NCBI GenBank assembly: GCA_963704165.1
Contig: CAVPHD010000009.1
Location: 288,001-352,000 of the forward strand
DNA: 64,000 bases
Source of the DNA: an uncultured delta proteobacterium
GTDB lineage: Bacteria > Myxococcota_A > UBA9160 > SZUA-336
Reading direction: 5' to 3'
Made by a program: the position numbers and the translations under genes
Shown here: positions 1 to 11,612 of the stretch, piece by piece
Numbering within the stretch: the first letter of the stretch is position 1
Layout of the letters: each line of letters opens with the position of its first letter
The notes under the pieces: model-generated
The model's database searches: none
What the model saw: the letters and a program-made list of their open reading frames with translations, nothing else
Told to the model about the DNA's origin: nothing

Positions 1-803
1 ACGAGGAACGCGATGCGCGGCGCGAAGCGGTCCACCGGCACGCCGCGACGCAAGAGCTCGCGGATCAAACCGCGCGTCTCGACGAAGCCGAACGCCATCT
101 CGTCGACCGCGTCGAGCGCGCCATCGCTGATGTAGTAGGTGTCCTCGAGGAACGCGTGGAAACGCGGCATCGTCTCGGCGCTGAACGCGATCGAGTCCGC
201 GGCGAGCCGCAGCCGCAGCTCGAACGGCATGTGCACGGCGTAGCCGGTGTCCTCGCAGTAGTAGGGGACCTGGATCACCGAGCCGCGGAGCCGGTCGGGC
301 GCGACGCCCCGCCGCCGCGCCACGCAAAAGAGCGCGGCGATGGTGATCGGCGCGGGCAGCGAGTGGGAGAGCGTGATCTCCCCGAGCGGCAGGCCGCGGT
401 AGAGCTCGTCGAAATCGTCGAGGCGACAGAGCGAGACGCCTTGCGTGCCGATCGCGTGGCGCGCGAGCGCGTGGTCGGGATCCATCCACGCCATCGTCGG
501 CGCGTCGCCGATCACGTCGAGCCCGCTCTGGCCGTGCGAGAGCAGCTGCCGGAGCTGCGCGTTGGAGCGCGCGGGATCCCCCTCGCCCGAGAGCTCGCGC
601 TGCACCCAACCGCGACGAGACGCGGAAGGCGGCCGAACGCCGCGTGTGAACGGATAGGCGCCGGGATCGCCGAGGCGCGATGCGTAGTCCGACTCGGCGA
701 CGGACTCGGGCCGGTAGAACGGCTCGACCGGCACGCCGGAGTGGGTGCGGCCCGCAGCGTCCGCCGGAGGCGTCGGCTCCGGTGTGGGCGCGGCGCGATT
801 CAC
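1..803 (-). CDS. B12-dependent acyl-CoA mutase large subunit (methylmalonyl-CoA mutase family), N-terminal part; runs off the left edge
   Basis: Hand translation from GTG at 803 (absent from the ORF track): HSGVPVEPFY, LGDPGAYPFTRG, SNAQLRQLLSHGQSGL, GVPVDRFAPRIAFL, all matching MCM-family motifs. Confidence 0.9.
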   Translation of the reverse strand, partial: MNRAAPTPEPTPPADAAGRTHSGVPVEPFYRPESVAESDYASRLGDPGAYPFTRGVRPPSASRRGWVQRELSGEGDPARSNAQLRQLLSHGQSGLDVIGDAPTMAWMDPDHALARHAIGTQGVSLCRLDDFDELYRGLPLGEITLSHSLPAPITIAALFCVARRRGVAPDRLRGSVIQVPYYCEDTGYAVHMPFELRLRLAADSIAFSAETMPRFHAFLEDTYYISDGALDAVDEMAFGFVETRGLIRELLRRGVPVDRFAPRIAFL

Positions 804-834
804 GGCGACAGGGTCTCAGGAGACGCCGGCCGGG

Positions 835-854
835 GCTATGACAGGGGTCATAGC
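835..854. promoter_or_regulatory. Inverted repeat GCTATGAC-AGGG-GTCATAGC, candidate operator
   Basis: Perfect 8-bp arms with a 4-nt spacer, between the divergent mutase and lipoprotein genes. Confidence 0.5.
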
Positions 855-950
855 TCGGTGTGTCGGACGGGGCCGATCGCGTCGCAGCGGGCAGCCCGAT
901 CGCCCCGAGAATGTGCTCTTCTATCCGTCGAACCGAGGAGGGCCGCGGAT

Positions 951-1409
951 GTGAAGCTCTCGAAACCCGGCATTCTTCTCGCGCTCGCGATCGCGGCCTT
1001 CGCCGCGATCCCCGGGTGCGATCGACCGCTCGTGCTGATCCCGGGCGGAGTCCTCGAAGGCCCGACGGTTCCGGTCCCCGACCGCTGGTCGTTCACGGAC
1101 GAGGTGAACACCGTGCAGCTCGAGACGAATCCCCAAGCCCCCTACTCCGTGAACATCTGGGTGGTCGCAATCGATCCGAGCCTGTACGTCCACGCTGGAG
1201 CGAATCGCAGCACCTGGGTCGAGAACATGGAGGCGGATCCGAACGTGCGACTGCGCGTGGGCGAATCGATCTACGCGCTCGCCGCCGCGCGGGTGGTCGA
1301 ACAGGCGGAGTTCGATCGCTTCAGTGACGCCTACGAGAAGAAGTACGGACGCCGCCCGCGCAACGAGAACGTCGCCGAGGCCTACCTGTTCCGACTCGGG
1401 TCGCGATGA
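951..1409 (+). CDS. Putative lipoprotein, split-barrel (DUF2255/nitroreductase-quinone reductase-like) fold
   Basis: GAGGAG then GTG 951; signal peptide with lipobox-like IPGC; PYSVNIW, WVENMEADPNVRLRVG, YEKKYG. Confidence 0.65.
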   Translation: MKLSKPGILLALAIAAFAAIPGCDRPLVLIPGGVLEGPTVPVPDRWSFTDEVNTVQLETNPQAPYSVNIWVVAIDPSLYVHAGANRSTWVENMEADPNVRLRVGESIYALAAARVVEQAEFDRFSDAYEKKYGRRPRNENVAEAYLFRLGSR

Positions 1410-1437
1410 ACCCCGGCGACCGAGGAGTCCCCGAGTC

Positions 1438-1476
1438 GTGGAGCCCGTCTGTCTCGTCATCGGCGCGGGAGCCGGT
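1438..1476 (+). pseudogene. Truncated 5' remnant of a short-chain dehydrogenase
   Basis: GAGGAG at 1422-1427, GTG 1438, reads MEPVCLVIGAGAG (Rossmann beta1 plus Gly motif), then loses similarity. Confidence 0.5.
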
Positions 1477-1524
1477 CACCCGCGACGCGTCAGCGCTGCG
1501 AGGAATCGCGACGCCCCGCCGACC

Positions 1525-1830
1525 TCATCCATGGTGCTTCTCTTCAAGGCTTGCGATCGGCTTGTCGCTGAACAGGTAGTCCCGAAGCTCCTTGTCGAAA
1601 CTCTTGTCTCTTCGACGAATCCACTCGAGAAGCATGGAGGCGTGCTCTTTCTCCTCGTCCCGGTTGTGAGCCAGGATCGCCTTGAGCTCCCCGTCCTTGG
1701 CCGCATCGACTCGCTGGTTGTACCAGTCGACCGCCTCGAGCTCCTCCATGAGCGAGACGATCGCGCGGTGCATGTCGCGCGTCGCCTCCGAAAGATCCGA
1801 TCGTTCCTCGTGTAGCCCCTCACTGGCCAT
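1525..1830 (-). CDS. Encapsulin-associated ferritin-like protein (EncFtn/Flp family)
   Basis: HRAIVSLMEELEAVDWYNQR...ILAHNRDEEKEHASMLLEWIRR is the EncFtn ferroxidase signature; AAAGGAG RBS. Confidence 0.92.
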   Translation of the reverse strand: MASEGLHEERSDLSEATRDMHRAIVSLMEELEAVDWYNQRVDAAKDGELKAILAHNRDEEKEHASMLLEWIRRRDKSFDKELRDYLFSDKPIASLEEKHHG

Positions 1831-1908
1831 TGCTGATTCTCCTTTCCGTTGGAAATGTGACTCGACAGATGCGTGATGATTGTCCGCCCCGGACGATCCG
1901 GGTAGCTC

Positions 1909-2652
1909 CTAGGGCTCAAGAACGATCCGGATGACCCAGAGGAGGCCGATGCCTGCGACAAAGGACGCGAAGTGGAGCACGTTCCTTCCGAAGTCCCGGT
2001 GCTTGTTGACCTCCGGCACCAGATCCGACGCTCCGATGTAGAGAAAGTTGCCGGCTGCGAAGGGAACGAGAAATCCCACTTCGATCCGCTCCGAAGCCGC
2101 GTAGGCGACGAGCCCCCCGACCAGAAAGGTCAGTCCAGAGGCGCCGTTGAGGAGCAGCGCCGTCGTCTTGCTCCAGCCGCCGTGGATCAGCACGCCGAAG
2201 TCGCCGAGCTCCTGCGGGATCTCGTGTGCAGCGGCGGCGAGCCAGGCGGCGAGTCCGAGCCGAACGTCGATCAGGAAGACACCCGCGACGCCGAGCCCTC
2301 CAAGGAAGTTGTGTAGACCGTCGCCGAGAAGGATGAGGTAGGTGAGGGGCTTCTTGCAGTCGGAGGAAGCCCGGTGGCAGTGGTGCCAATGGAGGAATTG
2401 CTCGAGCGCGAAGAAGAGTGCGAAGCCGATCAGGACCCACAAGAAGACGGTCGGGTCGGCTTGGGTTTCCTGAATGGCTGCCGGGAGCATGTGGAAGAAG
2501 GCCCCACCGAGCAGCGAGCCTGCCGCGAAGGCAACCAGAGGCATGATGATCCGGTCCAGGGCGGCTTTGCTCAGGAAGAGCGTCACACTCCCCACGAGCG
2601 CGATCGCACTCATCAGCACGCCGCCCGCGAGGATCCACCAGAAGGTGTCCAC
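1909..2652 (-). CDS. ZIP-family divalent metal transporter
   Basis: Multiple TM helices; His-rich loop HWHHCH; LGDGLHNFLGG and HEIPQELGDFG motifs. Confidence 0.95.
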   Translation of the reverse strand: MDTFWWILAGGVLMSAIALVGSVTLFLSKAALDRIIMPLVAFAAGSLLGGAFFHMLPAAIQETQADPTVFLWVLIGFALFFALEQFLHWHHCHRASSDCKKPLTYLILLGDGLHNFLGGLGVAGVFLIDVRLGLAAWLAAAAHEIPQELGDFGVLIHGGWSKTTALLLNGASGLTFLVGGLVAYAASERIEVGFLVPFAAGNFLYIGASDLVPEVNKHRDFGRNVLHFASFVAGIGLLWVIRIVLEP

Positions 2653-2973
2653 CGAGTCCCCTCCTCGTCAGCACCCTGAGGTCTCCTGACAGCGGACGCT
2701 ACAGGTTACCAGGCGAAACGGGTGGCGCCCGGCTCCGGAGCCGGTGCGGCTGCTCGGCTCCACGGCCGGTGTTACTTTGCCCGATCCGGGCAAGCCGCCG
2801 ACCTCCAAGGCTTGCCGGCGAGGCTGCGGCCGAGAGAGGAGCATGGATGGAGGCGAAGGGCACCCAGCCCAGGGCGAACCCGCCGTCGCTTCATGGGCGA
2901 GGGGCCTCGTGGGTGACAACGGTGAGGTGGGGAAGAACCCCGTGATGGCTGAAGGCGGGAGGGAGAAGAACCC

Positions 2974-3474
2974 ATGACGATGACACTGGAGCAAGCTCTC
3001 ATTGCAGCGCTCGATGACGAGTATCGCGCGCGGGCAACGTACCGCGCCGTGCTCGCTGCCTACGGCGACGTACGGCCGTTCGTCAACATCATCGAATCCG
3101 AAGAGCGCCACATCCAGGCCCTGATGCGCCTCTTCGAGCGCTACGGAATCGCGATTCCGCAGGATCCCTGGCCCGCCCGCGTTTCGGCACCGGAGTCCCT
3201 CGAAGCTGCCTGCGAAGCGGCGCTCGGGGCCGAGCGCGAGAACGGGGCGCTCTACGAGAAACTGGTGGATGCGGCCGGGGGTCGCGCCGACGTGGAGGAG
3301 ACCTTCCGGCATCTGCTCACGGCCTCCCAGGAGAACCACCTGCCGGCCTTCGAGCGGGCGCTCGAGCGGGAGCGGCGAGGCGGAGGCGGGCGCGAGCCGC
3401 ATGGAGCAGGTCGGGGACGCCGACAGCGGCACCGGGGCGGAAGAAGTGGGAACCGGGGGCCGGAGAAGTCCTGA
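2974..3474 (+). CDS. Ferritin-like (DUF2202-like) four-helix protein with Arg/Gly-rich tail
   Basis: LDDEYRARATY, ESEERH, AERENGALY, ASQENHLPAF diiron-type E/ExxH pattern. Confidence 0.8.
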   Translation: MTMTLEQALIAALDDEYRARATYRAVLAAYGDVRPFVNIIESEERHIQALMRLFERYGIAIPQDPWPARVSAPESLEAACEAALGAERENGALYEKLVDAAGGRADVEETFRHLLTASQENHLPAFERALERERRGGGGREPHGAGRGRRQRHRGGRSGNRGPEKS

Positions 3475-4163
3475 AGGATCGGCACCCTCGCGCGGATGGA
3501 TTTTCGTAGACGCGGGACGCCGCTGCTCCCGCACCTGAAGCTCTGTGTCATTCGGTCGATGAAGGCCGCACACGAAGGAACTCTCGGCCGACCACCCCAG
3601 ATCTACCAAGACCAGATCGCTGCGCTTCAACCTCGCGTATGCGGAAGGCTTCGAAACCCTCACGATGAATCTCGTCAAGCGCGTGATGGAGCCGTTCACC
3701 AAGTGGGTGCGACGCGTGGTGAAGTACAGGATGTCCGTGCGTCCGCCACCGAAGCCCGGCACGGGGGAGAAGGCGGAACCGAAGAAGACATTCCGGATAC
3801 CCCAACCCTCCAGGGCCCCGCGATCTACTCTCGGGGCTGCTCCGCATCTACGTGTCGAGTTACACGGCCCACGATGTCGAGATCGCACCGGGGATGCAGG
3901 CGCCCGCTGACGAGTACAGTGAGTTGGCGCTTGAGACGGCCTCGATCCAGACATCGTCGCTCAAGACACCCTGAAGGAGAGCGCATTCGATGAGCCGGCA
4001 AACGGAGGCCGGCACCGGAAGCCTGGTGCTCAACCCGGTGCGGCGAGTCGCGCGAATGCAGGCTTCAGCAGCGCGGAAGCGCGCATCGCCACCACCAAGC
4101 ACGACCAAAGCGCGGAACCAAGCACCGCCAGAACGCGAATTCCTCAGCGAGCCCGGAACCTTG

Positions 4164-4240
4164 TGGCGGGGCGGACGGGACTCGAACCCGCAACTTCCGA
4201 CGTGACAGGCCGGTGCTCTAACCAGTTGAACTACCGCCCC
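4164..4240 (-). tRNA. tRNA-Asp(GTC)
   Basis: GGGGCGGTAGTTCAACTGGTTAGAGCACCGGCCTGTCACGTCGGAAGTTGCGGGTTCGAGTCCCGTCCGCCCCGCCA; CCA encoded. Confidence 0.97.
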
Positions 4241-4361
4241 AAGCCGGCGATCTAGTTACCGAAGCGGCCCGACGTTGGCAAACGCCAGCGTCCGCATGCA
4301 GCCCGCGAGCGAGCGCCCAAGGCGCAAGCGCGCAGCGAGGCACAGCCGAGCGAAGCTGGAT

Positions 4362-4380
4362 GGGCGGGCTTCGCCCGCCC
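4362..4380. repeat. GC-rich hairpin GGGCGGGC-TTC-GCCCGCCC in the tRNA spacer (REP-like or processing hairpin)
   Basis: Perfect 8-bp stem, GAA triloop on the minus strand. Confidence 0.45.
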
Positions 4381-4394
4381 GGGCCCCACAAGAC

Positions 4395-4466
4395 TGGGCG
4401 GAGAGGGATTCGAACCCCCGGCCCGCGCCGTGTAAAGGCGCCGCTCTACCGCTGAGCTATCCGCCC
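4395..4466 (-). tRNA. tRNA-Val(TAC)
   Basis: GGGCGGATAGCTCAGCGGTAGAGCGGCGCCTTTACACGGCGCGGGCCGGGGGTTCGAATCCCTCTCCGCCCA; CCA not encoded. Confidence 0.95.
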
Positions 4467-4526
4467 GGTCTGATCGTGCCGCGTGTGGACGTCTTGCGTG
4501 GAGGAGGTCCGAGTCGACGGACGTCG

Positions 4527-6980
<2,454 letters not shown>

Positions 6981-7007
6981 GGCCGATTCCTTGCTGGTGC
7001 GCGAGCG

Positions 7008-8245
<1,238 letters not shown>

Positions 8246-8249
<4 letters not shown>

Positions 8250-8872
8250 TCGGGCGTCTTCCCCTCTGCCCCCCCGCTCGCGGGGCGGTCGTGCTTCGAG
8301 ATGATCCGATCGACGATTCCGTAGTCGAGTGCTTCCCCGGCCGACATGAAGCGATCGCGCTCCGTGTCCTGCTCGAGCTGAGCGGCGTCCTTGCCGCAGT
8401 GGCTTCCGAGGATTTCGTTCAGGGTCGAGCGGAGCGTCAGGATCTCCTTGGCGTGGATCTGGATGTCGGTGCTCTTGCCCTGCACCCCACCCCAGGGCTG
8501 ATGGATCATCACGCGCGCGTGCGGAAGGCAGGAGCGCTTCCCCTTGGTGCCCGCGGCGAGGAGGACCGCGCCCATGCTCGCCGCCTGCCCCATGCAGATC
8601 GTCTGCACGTCGGGGTTCACGTACTGCATCACGTCGTAGATGCCCAGGCCCGCATTCACCTCGCCACCGGGCGAGTTTACGTAGACGAAGATGTCCTTCT
8701 CGGGGTCGTCGGCCTCGAGAAACAGGAGCTGCGCGATGATGAGATTGGCGACGTCGTCGTTGATGGCGCTGCCGAGCACGATGATGCGGTCACGTAGCAG
8801 GCGCGAGTAGATGTCATAGGCGCGCTCGCCGCGATTGGACTGCTCGACCACCATCGGAATCAGCAACGACAT
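8246..8872 (-). CDS. clpP: Clp protease proteolytic subunit
   Basis: [26 protein letters not shown]. Confidence 0.99.
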
Positions 8873-8956
8873 ACCCCCAGTCTAGCGGATCGGCTCAGAA
8901 CACCCTGCTCCCAAGCAAATCGGATGCAAGTCAGTTTCTGGTTGAATTCCGCACCC

Positions 8957-10246
8957 TTACCCATCCGACACGTTAGCTTCGGCGAGCGCGAATTCAACTA
9001 CCTTCTCCTCGAGCAATCCCGCGCGCAACGCGTCGAGAAGACCCTGTTCCCGGTACTCTCGCCGCACTTCCGAGGCCTTGCGCTGGCTCGCCTCGGCGAT
9101 GCGCGCGAGTTGCGCATCGATCTCTTCGTCCGCGACCTCGATCGACTCGCGCTTGGCGATCTCGGGCGTCAACAACGCGAGCCGAACCTCGCGTTCGACC
9201 TGGGGACGAAGCTCCTCCTGCCAGCGCTGCGCGAGCGAGGTGAGGAGCTCGCGATCGAGGTTGGCGCCCCCGAACTGGGTGAGCATGCGCTCGATGCGCG
9301 CGCGCAGCTGCGCCTCCACGAGGGCCGCAGGAACCGGGAACGGATTCGCCGCGACGAGCGCCTCGACGAGCGCCGCGCGTTCGAGACGCTTCTGCTCCGC
9401 GGCCCGCCCTTCCCGGATTCGCCGCTCGAGATCGGCGCGTAGATCGGCGAGCGTTTCGAAGTCCGACACGTCCTTCGCGAACTCGTCATCGAGCACCGGC
9501 AGGTCGCGGCGCTTCAGCGCGAGAACCTTCACCTCGAAGCGAACGACCCTCCCGCGAAGCTTCTCGTCCGAGTGGTCCTCGGGCATCGTCACGTCGAAGG
9601 CGTGCTCGTCACCGGCGCGAAGTCCGAGCAGCTGATCCTCGAAGCCGCCGAACGTGCGGCCGGCGCCGATCTCGACCTGCGACTCGCGCGCGCTCGAACC
9701 CTCGAAGGGCTCGCCATCGATCTTGCCGACGTAGTTGATCTCGGCCACGTGTCCGGCGGCGGCCACGGCGTCGGGCTCCTCCTCGACGACCTGCGCGTGG
9801 CGCTGCCGCAGATCCTCGAGATGCGACTCGATGGGGTCCTTCTCCGGTTCGGGCACGACCGGTCGAACCAGCGAGAGCCCCTTGACCGCCGCGACCTCGA
9901 TCGTCGGCCGGATGTCGACGTTCGCCTTGTAGGCGTACTGCGTTCCGCGCTTGGGCAACTCGCCCGCGTCGAGCCGCGGCTCGCCGAGCACGTCCAGACC
10001 GGAATCCGAGATCGCCTTGAAGAGCGTGCCTTCCACGAGCCGCTGTAGAACCTCGCCCGAGGCGCGCTCTCCGAACTGCTGCTCGAGCACTTCGCGCGGC
10101 GCCTTGCCGGGTCGAAAGCCGCGGATGTGCGTGTTCCGGCGGATCTCGCGGAAGGCGGCGTCGAACGCCGCATCGACCTCCGTCGTGGGGATGGCGATCT
10201 GCAGGCACCGCTCGACGGGCCCCGTTTCTTCGACGCTGACGTTCAT
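8957..10246 (-). CDS. tig: Trigger factor
   Basis: GFRPGKAP ribosome-binding motif, FKBP-like domain, LDDEFAK; directly upstream of clpP; start MNVSVEE. Confidence 0.96.
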   Translation of the reverse strand: MNVSVEETGPVERCLQIAIPTTEVDAAFDAAFREIRRNTHIRGFRPGKAPREVLEQQFGERASGEVLQRLVEGTLFKAISDSGLDVLGEPRLDAGELPKRGTQYAYKANVDIRPTIEVAAVKGLSLVRPVVPEPEKDPIESHLEDLRQRHAQVVEEEPDAVAAAGHVAEINYVGKIDGEPFEGSSARESQVEIGAGRTFGGFEDQLLGLRAGDEHAFDVTMPEDHSDEKLRGRVVRFEVKVLALKRRDLPVLDDEFAKDVSDFETLADLRADLERRIREGRAAEQKRLERAALVEALVAANPFPVPAALVEAQLRARIERMLTQFGGANLDRELLTSLAQRWQEELRPQVEREVRLALLTPEIAKRESIEVADEEIDAQLARIAEASQRKASEVRREYREQGLLDALRAGLLEEKVVEFALAEANVSDG

Positions 10247-10340
10247 CTCTCTTCGCTCCCAAGCCACGCAGACGTGTCCGATCCGGCGCCGGCCCCATGA
10301 TAGGGTACGCGCCGAGGCACTCAAGCGGGGGAAGGCAGGC

Positions 10341-11612
10341 GTGGCGACGCTCCAGGAGCTCTCCGACCAGCTGTTCACGGGCCGCGCCCGCACCCGGGAT
10401 CCCGCGCACCATCCCTTCGCCTTCCTCGACCAGACCGAGGAGGTCGCCTCGGGCATCGCGTTCTACAAGGCGTTCGTGAACGTGACTGCGCTGCGCACCT
10501 CGGACGGGCTGGTGTTGATCGATACCGGCCCGTTCCAGCCCGGACTGCAGGAGCGGGCCTTCGCCGGTGTGCGGAGCTTCGCGAAGGATCGCGTGCACAC
10601 GGCGATCTACACCCACGGACACGTGGACCATGCGTACGGGCTGCCTCCGTTCCTCCGGGAAGCGGAGTCGAAGGGCTGGGCCCGGCCCGAGATCGTGGGG
10701 CACGTCGATGTCGCACCGCGAATGCGCCGCTACGTCGAGACCGCGGGCTACAACTCGATCATCAATCAGCGGCAGTTCGGCGTGCCGGTCGAGTTTCCTA
10801 CCCACCCCGACTTCCCGACGTTCACGTATCGCGACGAGCTTCGGCTCCGGATCGGCGGGCGCGAGCTCGAGATCCACCACGCGCGCGGCGAGACGGACGA
10901 CCACACCTGGGTCTTCATCCCGGACGTGCGCGTGCTCTGCACCGGGGACCTCTTCATCTGGGCCTCGCCCAACGCGGGCAATCCACAGAAGGTGCAGCGC
11001 TACGCTTCCGACTGGGCCCGCGCGCTGCGCGCGATGTCCGCGAAGGAGCCGCAGGTACTGCTTCCGGGCCACGGCGTGCCGATCTTCGGTGCCGAACGCG
11101 TCCGTGCCGCCCTGCTCGACACGGCCGACTACCTGGACTCGCTCTACCGCCAGACGCTCGCGTGCCTGAATCGCGGCCTGGGCGTTTACGAGATCATCGA
11201 GACCGTGAAGGTACCCGCCGAGCTCTCCGAGAAACCCTACCTGCAGCCGATCTACGACGAGCCGGAGTTCATCGTGCGAAACGTCGTGCGCTGCCTCGGC
11301 GGCTGGTGGAGCGGCGTCGCGAGCGAGCTCAAGCCGGCGCCGCGCGCGCAACAGGCCCGCGAGATCGCGGAGGTCGCGGGCGGCGTCGCGCGCCTGCTCG
11401 AGCGCGCGGCGAAGTCGCTGGCCGCCGGCGATCTGCGCATGGCCTCGCACTGGGTCGATTGGGCCGCCGATGCGGAGCCCGAGAGCGTGGAGGTGCACCG
11501 GCTTCGCGCCGAGGTCTACGAGCAGCGCGTCGCCGCCGAGACGTCGACGATGTCGAAGGGGATCTTTCGCGCCGCCGCAAACGACTCCACTACGAAGACC
11601 CGGCCGGGCTGA
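10341..11612 (+). CDS. Alkyl sulfatase-like metallo-beta-lactamase with dimerisation domain
   Basis: THGHVDH, GETDDH, PNAGNPQKVQRY, LLPGHG, YDEPEFIVRN. Confidence 0.88.
   Translation: MATLQELSDQLFTGRARTRDPAHHPFAFLDQTEEVASGIAFYKAFVNVTALRTSDGLVLIDTGPFQPGLQERAFAGVRSFAKDRVHTAIYTHGHVDHAYGLPPFLREAESKGWARPEIVGHVDVAPRMRRYVETAGYNSIINQRQFGVPVEFPTHPDFPTFTYRDELRLRIGGRELEIHHARGETDDHTWVFIPDVRVLCTGDLFIWASPNAGNPQKVQRYASDWARALRAMSAKEPQVLLPGHGVPIFGAERVRAALLDTADYLDSLYRQTLACLNRGLGVYEIIETVKVPAELSEKPYLQPIYDEPEFIVRNVVRCLGGWWSGVASELKPAPRAQQAREIAEVAGGVARLLERAAKSLAAGDLRMASHWVDWAADAEPESVEVHRLRAEVYEQRVAAETSTMSKGIFRAAANDSTTKTRPG

Noticed and set aside
156..950. N-terminal 265 aa of the ORF 156-1409
   Set aside because: Antisense to the mutase; the real start is GTG 951 with an RBS and signal peptide
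2843..2977. Possible short leader ORFs upstream of the ferritin-like gene (ATG 2843 or 2847 after GAGGAG)
   Set aside because: No recognisable features and ambiguous frame; cannot be supported
3990..4205. 71-aa ORF running into tRNA-Asp, possible integrase tail
   Set aside because: No tyrosine-recombinase motifs; overlaps the tRNA antisense; no att duplication found
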